Counted from the first letter of the stretch, positions 40,385-51,080 are shown. The stretch: 64,000 nucleotides of DNA from Candidatus Obscuribacteraceae bacterium (GCA_044226015.1 JBGAHS010000004.1:544001-608000), one strand, 5' to 3'. The notes: generated from the sequence alone by a model not told the origin. Program-made: numbers and translations.

Positions 40385-43078
40385 CTATTCAGTAAGCGAT
40401 TTTACAAGTGTTTTTGTTTTGCCTGAGCTCTTGAGGCTCTGCAGAAACTCGATGCAATTAGTGCTGAGCTCGAAATTGTATTCTGATTTTATTTCGAGAA
40501 ATGTTTGAAGTAGCTGAGGCAAGTCTCTGTGTGCTGTTGTTGGTTTGCTCTCAGGTGCTTGCTGCAAGACTGCATCTAGCAAACTAAATACAAGTCTTGC
40601 GTGGCGCTCTGATGCTTTTGCTATTTCAGCGTAATTACTTGCCCATCGACGAAGAATAAGAGAGCTTGAGTTGTGAAACAAGGTTCTAAGAATCGTTTTG
40701 AAGGTATCAAAGTCAGCTTTGCCATCTTCAATAATTTCAATTATTGCGTCTTTCGCTGCAATTGTAAGTTCATTATCGTTAGTGCCAAGTGCGAGGCAAA
40801 TCATCAATAGTCCCATTTCTGTGATTTGCCTTGATGGGTCGAAAAGCGTCCTGAAAAATTGTTTTGTTAGCTGATCATTCTTTTCGAAAAATGTCAGGCG
40901 ATCCCCTAACCATTGCACAGCCATAGCGTAATGCAATTCGGGAAAACGTGGCGCCATGATGCCGTGCATCGTTATTTGAAGTGGATTGGTGGCGACGCTG
41001 GCGAAAAGAAAGTTTGAAATAGATTGCTGCATTACGCCTGGCATTACTCTGTCCTCGTAAACAGCCAGAGGATGCGGAGTTAGCCGAATAACTTCATAAA
41101 TGTACGTGTGTGATTTCGCTGTTGTGATCTCCCAGCTGAAGCCAATAGTATGGAATGCTTCAATCTCTGCAAGTATCGAAATTGCCTTCTCGATTTCCGA
41201 CTGCGCTTTAGCTGAACAGCTCTTACTAATTTCACGAATCTGCTCAACTATAGTTTCTACTCTCTGTCCCTCATCAAAGGTACATCTCATCAGTGCCCTG
41301 CAGACGTCTTGTTTGTCGATAGAATCATCTTCTTTAGCCTCCGCGTACTGGGCGAGTCTGCGGAGAAAAGTGCTTTTATCGAGCCATCCGAATTCGTATT
41401 CCGGTGTGGACAAGACAGGCAAAGCCACGTTTCTTTTCAGTCTTCCTATAATTCTTTGAAGGCTCTGTTTCGCCGGAGCGTCAAAAGACTCTTTGTGGGT
41501 CCAGCTGCGTTCCGGGATATCAGCGAGGTTCTCGTACTCGCCCGTTACCCAGAATATTATTAGCTCGGTGAGGTATAGCAGCATCGCATTCTCGGTGCGT
41601 TTTGCGATTGATTTTGCTCTTTTCAGAATTGAAGAAGTTCGCGAACTGAAATCATTCATGCGCTCAAGTCCGAGCCTTGAAATACCGTCTATGAGAAGCT
41701 CGTAAACGCAAGGATCTTGTGGCGATTCCAAAAATCTGGCGATTTCAAAAACAAGATCGTCCAGTGTGCCTATGGGGCTGAGTTTCTTTCGCTCAATTAG
41801 GCTTGATTCGCGTGGGCTAGCTTGTGCCGATGTTTGATTTCTTGCCGCGCCGCTCTCTGTTGAGTGCTCAGTCTCTGTGTTCGGCGGTGTAAAATCGATG
41901 GTCTCGTCCTTGCTGTGTTCGTCGCGTAAGGGCTTCGGTATCTGGTTTCGCACACTCGGACAAATTGCCTGAGACTGCTGTTTGAACGCATCTATTAAAA
42001 GACGGTCGTTGAATTTAGCATGTGTATCAAGCAGTTGAAAAACCTTTGATTGCACCTCAGGAATGCCTGTGAAAATGGCTTCAGTGCTTTTTACACAGAT
42101 GTCTTGCTTGATTGAGGGCTCGCTTTTGCAGAGCAGCTCGAGAATCTTCAAAGCGTTTAAAGATGCTGATTTTGATTTTGCTGCCAATGCCGGACCTATG
42201 AACTCAGAGACGGAGTAGTACTTTACCTTGTTTGCTTTTGTCAGGTCTAAGATAGCCTTAATCGCAGATGATACTATGGGTGGTATTGGGCTGCTCAAGA
42301 GCGCCTTGTACTTGTCTAGAAGTTGCTCTCTCTCAGCCAATGTAGGTTTCATTGCTTCATGAAACCTCATGAACCATCCCAGCCGAAATTGGTTCCACTC
42401 TCTAGTCTGTGTTTGCAAGCTTAAATCTAATAATTTCTCTCGTGAAATGAACCCTTCGTTTGACAGCGTAACCAACACCGCTTCCCAGGTTTCATTGGCA
42501 TTTGTCAGATACTTGTCTGAGCCAGCAAGGCAGGTCTCCGCTGTTCCCTCGAATTCAAATAGCCACCATACATCTTCATCAAGAAATGTCTTGTCATTCT
42601 GTAATTGGGCTTTCAATCCATCTTGGTTTTTGTTTGTCCATGAGTAATGCTGTATAAGCGCAATTACGTATGCGTTCGTTTTTGGCTTTTTCGCCAATCC
42701 CTCGGCATCGACTCTTCTGATGGCGTCAAAGAGCCATGAATTATTTTCCAGTGCCAGATCAATAAAGGTTGGCAGCTTGTCTGTGGGGATAGCTCTTATA
42801 AAATCAAAGTCAAAGTGTTCTCTTGAAATGCTCATGGGAAGCAGTTTTAACTGCTTCAGTTCTGCTATCGTGTATACGTGGATCGCACCGACAATGGCTG
42901 AAGTCGTTTGCTCTTCAGTGCCTTGCATGCGGTTGTATTTTTTTAAACACGTTTTCGACAGCGCTGCAAGCTTTCGTAGCTCACTTGCAGGTGAGGAACT
43001 GAGTTCGGCTTGTAAGGTTTTATAATCGCCAGCTTCTATCAGCTGTTTGAATCTCTCGTCAGTTATGCAGGTTTGCAA
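40385..43078 (-). CDS. Large alpha-helical protein, DUF6493-like
   Basis: 897 aa; VLSTP...GWLD..ALMR motif, VWWLFEFEG, HEAT-like helices. Confidence 0.6.
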   Translation of the reverse strand: MQTCITDERFKQLIEAGDYKTLQAELSSSPASELRKLAALSKTCLKKYNRMQGTEEQTTSAIVGAIHVYTIAELKQLKLLPMSISREHFDFDFIRAIPTDKLPTFIDLALENNSWLFDAIRRVDAEGLAKKPKTNAYVIALIQHYSWTNKNQDGLKAQLQNDKTFLDEDVWWLFEFEGTAETCLAGSDKYLTNANETWEAVLVTLSNEGFISREKLLDLSLQTQTREWNQFRLGWFMRFHEAMKPTLAEREQLLDKYKALLSSPIPPIVSSAIKAILDLTKANKVKYYSVSEFIGPALAAKSKSASLNALKILELLCKSEPSIKQDICVKSTEAIFTGIPEVQSKVFQLLDTHAKFNDRLLIDAFKQQSQAICPSVRNQIPKPLRDEHSKDETIDFTPPNTETEHSTESGAARNQTSAQASPRESSLIERKKLSPIGTLDDLVFEIARFLESPQDPCVYELLIDGISRLGLERMNDFSSRTSSILKRAKSIAKRTENAMLLYLTELIIFWVTGEYENLADIPERSWTHKESFDAPAKQSLQRIIGRLKRNVALPVLSTPEYEFGWLDKSTFLRRLAQYAEAKEDDSIDKQDVCRALMRCTFDEGQRVETIVEQIREISKSCSAKAQSEIEKAISILAEIEAFHTIGFSWEITTAKSHTYIYEVIRLTPHPLAVYEDRVMPGVMQQSISNFLFASVATNPLQITMHGIMAPRFPELHYAMAVQWLGDRLTFFEKNDQLTKQFFRTLFDPSRQITEMGLLMICLALGTNDNELTIAAKDAIIEIIEDGKADFDTFKTILRTLFHNSSSLILRRWASNYAEIAKASERHARLVFSLLDAVLQQAPESKPTTAHRDLPQLLQTFLEIKSEYNFELSTNCIEFLQSLKSSGKTKTLVKSLTE

Positions 43079-43149
43079 AGAAGGTACCGCGAATCCTGGG
43101 GTTTCGTTTTTTTTATACCCAAATCAAAACTGAGTTTGAAACCTAATTC

Positions 43150-43683
43150 TTATGATGCGACACAATAAAGTTCTCTGATAATTGAATTGTCAGGAAAGCG
43201 CGGGTCAAGCACGACCGTTGCTTCTTCGAGCAATTGGTTGTCAGCCAGATGAACAAGCACATTTTTTTTGTACTCTCTTCCTTCAAACACATAACTGTAT
43301 TCGAGGCGTGTCGTTTGAGTGATAATTGGACCACCACTGTCTTTCACGCTTGTAATCGTGGCTTCAGCTTCTTCTCCATCGCTTAGCAGGTGTTCAATCC
43401 AGTAAATCTTCAATCCTAGAGCTACAAGCACGACGATTCCGAGCAAGAGCCCGACCATGTCTGTAACTAGGCACCCTGCAACCGAACCCAGAGCCATGAG
43501 CAGCGACCCCAGGAGTGTACCGAGGGCGGGAATGGCGATCGAAAGGCGTGCCAGTGGCTCGCTCTTAATGAGCTTCCACAAAGAAGTTTGATACATTCGT
43601 ACCTGCCGTAAAAATGCAATAGTAAGGTTTGCTGATGTGTCTATTGTTATAGAAATTTGTGGAAAATACGTGTCGAAAGTCAT
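43150..43683 (-). CDS. Membrane protein, DUF3592-like
   Basis: Two TM helices, then G.EAEATIT..LEYSYVFEGREY..VVLDPRFP. Confidence 0.55.
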   Translation of the reverse strand: MTFDTYFPQISITIDTSANLTIAFLRQVRMYQTSLWKLIKSEPLARLSIAIPALGTLLGSLLMALGSVAGCLVTDMVGLLLGIVVLVALGLKIYWIEHLLSDGEEAEATITSVKDSGGPIITQTTRLEYSYVFEGREYKKNVLVHLADNQLLEEATVVLDPRFPDNSIIRELYCVAS

Positions 43684-43768
43684 GGTCTTTTAAATAAAGT
43701 AGGGAACAATATGAGTTGAACTTGCTTGCTTTTGATCACGTTTGAATTGGCAGAGCGCGGAGATTCCA

Positions 43769-44134
43769 ATGAAGGTCTTGCTAATTGAGGAAGATGACGA
43801 CGTAAGAAGTGTCGCCATGCTAAGTCTCAAGTTGATTGGCGGGGTTCAAGTCGTCGAAGCTGATGGCAGAGAAAAAGGCATGCAGCTCGCCCTCAGCGAA
43901 AAGCCGGACGCTATATTGATGGACTTTTTGAATTTTGAAGCAGACGGTGTTCCTGCTATTTCTGAACTGAAGAGCAATCCTGAAACTGCTGATATTCCAG
44001 TCGTATTTTTAACTACTCGCTCTTTGAGTTCTGATGCAGACATCATGCTTAAGCTCGGAGCTAAAGGCATTCTACACAAACCTTTTGACCCCATGACTCT
44101 TGCTAGTGAAATTCGGGAAATTATAAGGCAATGA
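43769..44134 (+). CDS. Single-domain response regulator (CheY-like receiver)
   Basis: KVLLIEED, PDAILMD, TADIPVVFLT, GAKGILHKPF. Confidence 0.9.
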   Translation: MKVLLIEEDDDVRSVAMLSLKLIGGVQVVEADGREKGMQLALSEKPDAILMDFLNFEADGVPAISELKSNPETADIPVVFLTTRSLSSDADIMLKLGAKGILHKPFDPMTLASEIREIIRQ

Positions 44135-45279
44135 CTGAACCCGCAGAAACTCAAGCGTCAATGAAAATGCGCATTTTGAAAATCGCCGTATTAAACATCC
44201 TGGTTCCTGGCATTGGAAATATTTTTCTCGATTCACCCCGACCGCTCAATATTTTGGGATTTCTTTTGGGAATCTGGGCCACTGTGCATGGAATTGGTTT
44301 ATGGCTAACGGTTTCAGCGATAATGACTTTGAAGGCGTATATTGATGTCTGGTTAGAACCTCAGCGTGCCAGTCGATATATCGCAGACGCAGCCACACCA
44401 GAATTTGGCAAGCAATCAGAATTATCAACGCATCCCCATGCGGTATCAGATTCGGTGCAGAATTCCGCTGGCGGTGAATTTGGTTTTGATAGATTGGCTG
44501 GGGTTCAAGATTCAGACCATCTCTTGCGTGATCATTCAAAACAGCACGCTGGACTTGCTTCCAGTCCTGAGCAAAAGTCCGTGCATTTGCCCGAGCATGA
44601 ACCATCAGGGCATAGAGTAAGCGATCCGGCCGATGCGTATTTCGAGCAAAGCTTGCCGGTTGCACATGTTAGTCATCCCCACTGGCACCCACAGTCTCAT
44701 TTAGACTCCGACGCGGAGCACTTGTCTCATGGAACAGCGCAGCCACTGACTGAGCATATGGAGCCAAAAGGCTCTGTGCCAGGAGTTCACAAGTCAGGAA
44801 GTCCAAGTTTTGGAAATCACGACACGCAAGTTTCCCCGCATCTCTCTCATGGAGCGGCCCAGTCTCTTTCTGAGTTCACGCAGCATAACGAAAAGTCACA
44901 CCCTCACGAACATGTGGAACATCCGCATCTGGTCAACGCTAATAAGCCCATTGAGCCGCTCGAAAATCACACTGCTGAGCGTAATTCGAGTCTTTCTTCG
45001 GAGCAGGGAGAATTTGGGACCATTTACGACATTTATGATGATGCTTCTTCCACAGCTGACATTGCTTCGCCTGTTGAATCTGGAGGCAAGAATGAGCATG
45101 TTTCGTCAGCGTCTGAGAATAGTGCTCCTCATTTGCTAGCGGTGGATCAAATTGGTATGACTGGCATTCAGTCAGGTTTCAAGCATGTGGAACTCTGTCC
45201 AACTTGTCAGAAACCGCGAGAAGGACGACGCCCCAGTTGTCCGGCTTGCGGTACTCATTTTGATACAGATAATGACTAG
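44131..45279 (+). CDS. Membrane-anchored His-rich protein with a C-terminal zinc ribbon
   Basis: N-terminal TMs (LVPGIGNIF), about 30 His in a disordered linker, CPTC..CPAC; ATGA overlap with the receiver gene. Confidence 0.7.
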   Translation: MTEPAETQASMKMRILKIAVLNILVPGIGNIFLDSPRPLNILGFLLGIWATVHGIGLWLTVSAIMTLKAYIDVWLEPQRASRYIADAATPEFGKQSELSTHPHAVSDSVQNSAGGEFGFDRLAGVQDSDHLLRDHSKQHAGLASSPEQKSVHLPEHEPSGHRVSDPADAYFEQSLPVAHVSHPHWHPQSHLDSDAEHLSHGTAQPLTEHMEPKGSVPGVHKSGSPSFGNHDTQVSPHLSHGAAQSLSEFTQHNEKSHPHEHVEHPHLVNANKPIEPLENHTAERNSSLSSEQGEFGTIYDIYDDASSTADIASPVESGGKNEHVSSASENSAPHLLAVDQIGMTGIQSGFKHVELCPTCQKPREGRRPSCPACGTHFDTDND

Positions 45280-45381
45280 TAATTTCGCTATAATTTAGAT
45301 TAGTCGAGCAAGTACTGAGGAATAAAGTAAAGAAGCTTTCTGCTGGACTTTTTCCCCATGGTCAAGTCGGGACAATAAACG

Positions 45382-47052
45382 ATGGCATTTTCGTCCGAGA
45401 TCGAGCAACATTTGAGCAAATCTGAGCAAAGTGTCAGCACTTCGCATTTTGCTCAAGCAGAAAGAGAACTTAAGAAGGCAATAAATCTGTACTCGGCAGA
45501 GGCGGACGGGGACATATTCAGCAGCGATTTTGCCCGGCTCTTGCTAAAGCTTGCGGCTGTTTATTCGCTCTGGCCGCGAACGGCTAAAGCTGAGACGGCT
45601 TACTTCAAAGTAATTGAAACCCTGGAACAGGCTCCTGACCCTGACTACGAACTACTCTGTCTCTCATTAAATGGGCTGGCTGAGCTATACATTTCTGTCA
45701 ATAAGCTCGCCCAATCGGTGCCCTTGTTGGACAAAGCTCATGTGATTTCGCAGGAATGGCTTGAGCGACAAGATGAGACTTCAGTGCAAATCATGCGCAA
45801 CTTTGCACATGTTTCGTACAAGCTCAATAAGCTGTCACAGGCAAAAACTATTGGCGAAAAATTATTGCAGGCACAAGAAACCGCATATGGTGCGAGGCAT
45901 CCTATGTTGGTTGAAACTCATGAACTTCTCGGTGATGTGAAACGAGCGCAGCGTCAGTTCGCGTCTTCAGAGAACCACTTTAAACGTGCCCTTTCCATTG
46001 ATGAAACCTCCAGTGGTGCCCAAAGTGAGTCTCTAGCAAGATTGATGCGTAAATACGCCGGCTTGCATTGCGATAAGCAAGACCATACTCTTGCAAAACC
46101 GCTACTGAAGAAAGCCCTGGCAATCAGAAAAGCTCTGCGAAAACCTCAAGACGAGGAATATGCAAACGCTTATTTGCAACTCGCTGAAGTCTATTATGTG
46201 GAATGCAATTACGGACCGGCAGAATTGTATTACAAGAAGGCTGTGGCAATTCGAAAGAAGCTTATTGGTGCGCATACGCTAGAGTATGCAGATTCTCTTT
46301 GCGGCATTGGTAAGCTCTACGCCGCAATGAAGCGTTTTAGAGAAGCAGAGAACAATTTGAATAATGCCTTGCAGATTCAAATTGATTTGCTTGGTCCTTA
46401 TAACAAAGAAGTGGCAGCAACTTTGAACAAGCTAGCCGGCGTCTATATGTCACAAGGTAGGTTCAACGAAGCGAATCTGATGAAAGACCAAGCACTCGCA
46501 TGTCAGGTTCAGCATATGCAACTGACTGTCGATGACTTTGATCCCTTTGATCGCGCCGTGCTCTATCACAGCCAGGGCGCTTATAAAGAAGCAGAGGAAT
46601 TCTATTACAAGGCTTTAGCGAAAGTTGAGCGAAACCTTGGTACCGACCATTTTCATCTTGGCGAAATCTTGACAAAAATGGCAGAGCTCCATCGCTCATT
46701 AAATCGCATGGATAAAGCAGAACTGCTACTTTTGCAAGCCTTAAAAATATTCGAGCGCATGCAACATCGAGCGGTTCTCAGCACTTATGCTGTTTTGGCG
46801 GACCTCTATGTTTCGCAAGAGCGCTATGAAGAAGCTGAAAAGTTGTACTTAGCCGCACTAGCACTTCTTGATGATGCCATTGGCGTCAGGCAGAGCGATC
46901 AACTTTCAATAATGGGTGGTTATGAAAAGCTGCTGATCATTTCAGGACGAAAGACTGAAGCTGACAAATATCGAGCAAAGCTACGAAGCATAGTGAAGAA
47001 GTCCAAGAACTTTCAATCAATCATTCAAAAGACCGTCCGACCCGAGGTCTAG
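45382..47052 (+). CDS. Tetratricopeptide repeat protein (kinesin-light-chain-type TPR)
   Basis: About 42-aa repeats such as LNKLAGVYMSQGRFNEA and AELYYKKAVAIRKKLIG. Confidence 0.9.
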   Translation: MAFSSEIEQHLSKSEQSVSTSHFAQAERELKKAINLYSAEADGDIFSSDFARLLLKLAAVYSLWPRTAKAETAYFKVIETLEQAPDPDYELLCLSLNGLAELYISVNKLAQSVPLLDKAHVISQEWLERQDETSVQIMRNFAHVSYKLNKLSQAKTIGEKLLQAQETAYGARHPMLVETHELLGDVKRAQRQFASSENHFKRALSIDETSSGAQSESLARLMRKYAGLHCDKQDHTLAKPLLKKALAIRKALRKPQDEEYANAYLQLAEVYYVECNYGPAELYYKKAVAIRKKLIGAHTLEYADSLCGIGKLYAAMKRFREAENNLNNALQIQIDLLGPYNKEVAATLNKLAGVYMSQGRFNEANLMKDQALACQVQHMQLTVDDFDPFDRAVLYHSQGAYKEAEEFYYKALAKVERNLGTDHFHLGEILTKMAELHRSLNRMDKAELLLLQALKIFERMQHRAVLSTYAVLADLYVSQERYEEAEKLYLAALALLDDAIGVRQSDQLSIMGGYEKLLIISGRKTEADKYRAKLRSIVKKSKNFQSIIQKTVRPEV

Positions 47053-48001
47053 CGCTGAGCCGCGTACTTGATGCTGTCATGCTATTCAAGTTGTAAACAA
47101 CGTCTTCGACGCTTATTGAATTCATGCAGCGATTCTCTACCTGACAGTGCAAATTTGTCCAGTAGTCGTAGATCTTTTTAGCATCATCTTCTTTGTAGAA
47201 AACAGAGCCATTTGGTGTGAAGGCAAATTCTTTTGCAGTGCATTCACGTGAGCATGCATTGGCAATGAGGTATTTTGCGTTTGGTATTTTTCGTGCAAAG
47301 AAACTATTTTGTCGCATCATTCCAATTGTTGGAGTTCCCTGGTGCGCTGCTAAATGCATCAAGCCAGTATCCACAGCAATGACTGCATCAGCAGAGCTTA
47401 CAATGTCGAGCGCATCTGAAAGTAGTGGCGTTGCAATCCATGGAATGCCGAGCTTGAATAGTTCTTTTAGCTGACTGTCAAAGTGTGGTTCACCCACCAT
47501 CAAGACTTCTTTCTTGAGGGCGCCAAGTTCCTCATACAAAGAGATCCAGTTATCCGTTTTCCACCGCTTTATTGGTCCTGCTGTTCCAGGAATAAGAACG
47601 ATTTTTCCTTCAGCTTCCTTTTTGCGAACAAATTGAAGAGGGCGGAGCGAACTCTGACCATCACTGATGCCGAAATCCGCACAGATCTTTCGAATCATGT
47701 CATCAATTTTTAAGCCCGGGTATTTCTCTTCAAATTCAGGTGAGCCCCAGACGAAGTCACGCTGTAGAGGGTGATCGCGCAGGTTTATAATTTCGCACTG
47801 ATTCTCTTGGTTTAGCCTGAGAAACTCTTCTTCCAAAATAATTGAGTGCAGCCCTGGTATTCGCTCCGCAAGACCATACTGAGCCTTAGAACGTAAAACG
47901 AGGCATACTTCTTTGCCTTCCTTAATCATTGCTTGCAGGGGAGGAAGCGAGACGACCAGGTCGCCTAAAAGTCTAGCAATTGGAGCGTAATAGACGGTCA
48001 T
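47021..48001 (-). CDS. Glycosyltransferase family 9 (heptosyltransferase-like)
   Basis: LGDLVVSLP, LIPG...KRW, VIAVDTGLMHLAA..GTPTI, CMNSISVEDV. Confidence 0.85.
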   Translation of the reverse strand: MTVYYAPIARLLGDLVVSLPPLQAMIKEGKEVCLVLRSKAQYGLAERIPGLHSIILEEEFLRLNQENQCEIINLRDHPLQRDFVWGSPEFEEKYPGLKIDDMIRKICADFGISDGQSSLRPLQFVRKKEAEGKIVLIPGTAGPIKRWKTDNWISLYEELGALKKEVLMVGEPHFDSQLKELFKLGIPWIATPLLSDALDIVSSADAVIAVDTGLMHLAAHQGTPTIGMMRQNSFFARKIPNAKYLIANACSRECTAKEFAFTPNGSVFYKEDDAKKIYDYWTNLHCQVENRCMNSISVEDVVYNLNSMTASSTRLSARPRVGRSFE

Positions 48002-48189
48002 TGAGGTTTCCTGATAGGGGCTTATTCTAGCCCAGATTTGGCGCTGCTGAAGGTTCGCATCTTTAATTTGCCTAACTAGCCAGGGTTTGCTTTTTCATGT
48101 GGTTTTCAAATTTGCCTTCTAATCTTTTAGCACAAAGGCAACGCGGAAGGGTGAACGGCTTGTTCACAAAGCAATTTGGAGAGAGACTC

Positions 48190-48606
48190 ATGAAAAAGCG
48201 CGTAATATCATTGATGATTGCAAGTGCCAGTTTCTTTGTCACTGTTGGAGCAGCCAACGCAGCTGGTACCACTGCTTTACTAGAAGCGCAGCAATTGGAA
48301 TCGCAAGAGAAGTATGCGATGGCGGCGGCGGCCTACATGGCGATTATGGATGGCGTTGATTTTGTGCCTGGACAGAAACCCCTGAAGCTATCCAAAACTG
48401 AGAAAATCATTCTCGGGAAGTGTGCCGTAAGCTGTTTAGAGCAAGGGCTAGAGCGCTACAGCAGCGAAGGGATGCAGTCGCTAAGTGATTGCCCAGAATT
48501 GCCTCTGCTCTGGTCAATCACACGGACACTTTCTGTACTTGAACCTCAAAACAGCAGATGGACCAGTCTGAATGCTCAGGTAGCTGACTTGCTAGCTAGA
48601 AAATAG
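48190..48606 (+). CDS. Secreted hypothetical protein
   Basis: MKKR signal peptide ending ANA-A; GGAGA RBS. Confidence 0.65.
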   Translation: MKKRVISLMIASASFFVTVGAANAAGTTALLEAQQLESQEKYAMAAAAYMAIMDGVDFVPGQKPLKLSKTEKIILGKCAVSCLEQGLERYSSEGMQSLSDCPELPLLWSITRTLSVLEPQNSRWTSLNAQVADLLARK

Positions 48607-48629
48607 GGTGTAAGAAACAGCAGCTATTG

Positions 48630-50036
48630 CTATGTTCCTGCCAGCGGACAACCCCTTGCTTTCATAATTTTCTGTAACTCAAGCAGGCAAGTATAAGTCG
48701 GCAAAATCCACAAGAGCTCATCTCCTTCGCACTTAGCTAAAGCAAGGTCAATTGCTCTATCGATAGATGGCTCGACACTTATCGCTTCCTGTGGAACACC
48801 GGCGTATTTGAGTCTCAACGCCATATCATAACAACGTAATCCACTCACCACAAACGGTCCTTCATTAGCAGCGAGTTGCTCAAAATCTGCGTCCCAGAGC
48901 CAGGACACGTCTCTTCCATCGGCATAGTTATCGTTTATCGCAATGAGGTATTTCCCGGATGGATCTGCAGCTGCGGCCTGCACCGCCTGTGATGCTCCTG
49001 CCGGGTTTTTGATTAACTGGATTAGAGCCTCATGCTTGCCTATTTTTATTTTTTCCGAACGTCCAAATAAGGTCGAATAGTGACATAGTCCGGTTCTAAT
49101 TTGCTCGATCGAAATTCCTATTTTGAAAGCCAGTGCTGCAGCCGCCAGGGCGTTGTAGACATTGAACATGCCTGGTAGAGGCAACTCTATCAAAACGGAT
49201 GCATCTTTGTAGCTGAGCTTGAACTGCGAGCCTGTTGCTCCCACTTTCACTTGCTCTGCGTAGACCTGCGGCTCTGGACGTTCATTGCCGCAGTCAGGAC
49301 AGCGGTAATGACCCAGCTGTCCATAAACACGCAGCGCATAGGTATATTCTTGACCGCATTTTGCGCAGTAGGACAGTTCTGTGGTGTTTGCTTCACTTAG
49401 ATTGTTGGCTGCTTCAACACCACATTGGGGCGAGGTCTCGAGGCTTTTAATCCCGTAGAACAGCCTTTCGCATTCTGGAACCATTTGAGCGACATTGGGG
49501 TCATCTGCATTTAGAACTGCAGATGACATATTTTGCAAAATGCCTTTCGAAATCAATCGAGCTGTGGTGTCCAATTCGCCGAATCTATCAAGCTGGTCGC
49601 GGAAGAGGTTTGTTACCAGCACGTGCTGTATTGGCATTTCCTTTGCCACCAGAGGTAGTGCTGCCTCGTCGATTTCAAACAGGCAATAATCGGTATCTAA
49701 TTTCCCCGACCAGGAAGCTGCATCCACAACGCATGCCGTTATTCCTGCCAGAAGATTCGCTCCCTGTCTATTGTGCACCAGTTTCAAACCTGAGCTGCCC
49801 AGAATAGATGCCACCAAACCTGATGTCGTACTTTTTCCATTGGTGCCACTGACAGCCAGGGCACCTCTGCGGGCTTGGGTGGCAAGATTTGAAAGTACGG
49901 AGCTGGAGAACTTTCGCGAAACCTTGCCGGGAAGGTTTGAAGCCAGCCCCAAATTCATCGCGCGAATTGCTTGTGCAGAAAGCTTTCCTGCAATTACAGC
50001 CATATTGTGACTCACGGGCAATCCCTTCTTAGTCAT
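48630..50036 (-). CDS. murT: MurT (lipid II isoglutaminyl synthase subunit; Mur ligase plus DUF1727)
   Basis: SGTNGKSTT, GANL, EIDEA, NLFRDQLDRFGE, CxxC..CxxC zinc finger, LIKNPAG, NDNYADGRDVSWLWD, LPTYT. Confidence 0.9.
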   Translation of the reverse strand: MTKKGLPVSHNMAVIAGKLSAQAIRAMNLGLASNLPGKVSRKFSSSVLSNLATQARRGALAVSGTNGKSTTSGLVASILGSSGLKLVHNRQGANLLAGITACVVDAASWSGKLDTDYCLFEIDEAALPLVAKEMPIQHVLVTNLFRDQLDRFGELDTTARLISKGILQNMSSAVLNADDPNVAQMVPECERLFYGIKSLETSPQCGVEAANNLSEANTTELSYCAKCGQEYTYALRVYGQLGHYRCPDCGNERPEPQVYAEQVKVGATGSQFKLSYKDASVLIELPLPGMFNVYNALAAAALAFKIGISIEQIRTGLCHYSTLFGRSEKIKIGKHEALIQLIKNPAGASQAVQAAAADPSGKYLIAINDNYADGRDVSWLWDADFEQLAANEGPFVVSGLRCYDMALRLKYAGVPQEAISVEPSIDRAIDLALAKCEGDELLWILPTYTCLLELQKIMKARGCPLAGT

Positions 50037-50931
50037 TCAGGAAAATGTCATTTACTTTCGGGTTTACAAAAGCAATAAGGTCGTCGTCTGCAGCTTTCAA
50101 GGTCAGTTCATCACCTAGTGGGAATGGATATTCGATATGCTGCCCATCTATATACAGCGCGCCGGTCCTCATTTGCGAAATAATACGAATTGTTTGCGTT
50201 CGTGACAAGATGCCTTTTGTAAATGCAAAATGCTGACCCGGTCGTGTCCATGCTTCGCGCACGACGAATTGCCACTTGTGGTCAGTGATGTTGAGAATTT
50301 GCCCGCCTGCGGATTTGATGGCACCTGTAGAACCAGCTGGAGGTCCAACCCAGAGTCCGGAAGAGCGTTGCTCTTCCTCTTGCTCGTCGATCTTGATGAT
50401 ATATCGGCTCGTGCCCGCGGGGTTGCTGTGAGAGATCAGAACCTCATTCAAAACTCGTTCTTTCAGAACCTTGCCGTTCACTGTCAACTCAAGTCTTAGC
50501 AGCTTTTCTGGGCTGCGGGTTCCTGACAGAACTTCGTCCAGGTGTTTTGCAAAACTATCTTTGTTGGCAATGCAGAAATGACCAAAGCTTGAGCCTGGCG
50601 CAGAGTTGACACCGATTATCGGTGTCTGTTTTAGCGAATGTGAAGCATCAAGAAAAGTGCCGTCGCCACCAACGGTGATGAGCAGGTCGCAGTTTCGAGA
50701 CTTCTCGTCAAGTTCTGCTCTGTGACAGGAATCATATTTGATTCCACGAGTCTCTAGTTCTTTTGTGATCGTTTCAAGTGTGTCTACGTGCTGATCATGC
50801 GCAGACTTTACTTTCGCAACCGATGCATGACCTTCTTCAAGAAGCTTCAAAAAACGGGGCTCTTTGAATTCTTGAGCTTGCAATTGTAATGTAGTTTTCT
50901 TGAAGACAATGAGAACCTTGCTCAGCTTCAC
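50029..50931 (-). CDS. nadK: NAD(H) kinase
   Basis: VGGDGTFL, GVNS, LNE, RSSG...AGST...SAGG. Confidence 0.85.
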   Translation of the reverse strand: MKLSKVLIVFKKTTLQLQAQEFKEPRFLKLLEEGHASVAKVKSAHDQHVDTLETITKELETRGIKYDSCHRAELDEKSRNCDLLITVGGDGTFLDASHSLKQTPIIGVNSAPGSSFGHFCIANKDSFAKHLDEVLSGTRSPEKLLRLELTVNGKVLKERVLNEVLISHSNPAGTSRYIIKIDEQEEEQRSSGLWVGPPAGSTGAIKSAGGQILNITDHKWQFVVREAWTRPGQHFAFTKGILSRTQTIRIISQMRTGALYIDGQHIEYPFPLGDELTLKAADDDLIAFVNPKVNDIFLND

Positions 50932-51080
50932 TTGGACCGCCTCCAGCCAGATTACCGCTTTGCAAACGATGACTAAGGGTATCAGATTGCCAGAATGCTT
51001 TCCAGTGGAGCAGTGAAGACTGGTATACTGGTTTGTTCACAGTAATTTACCCCAAACCAGTTCGGTCGAAGGGAGGAACA

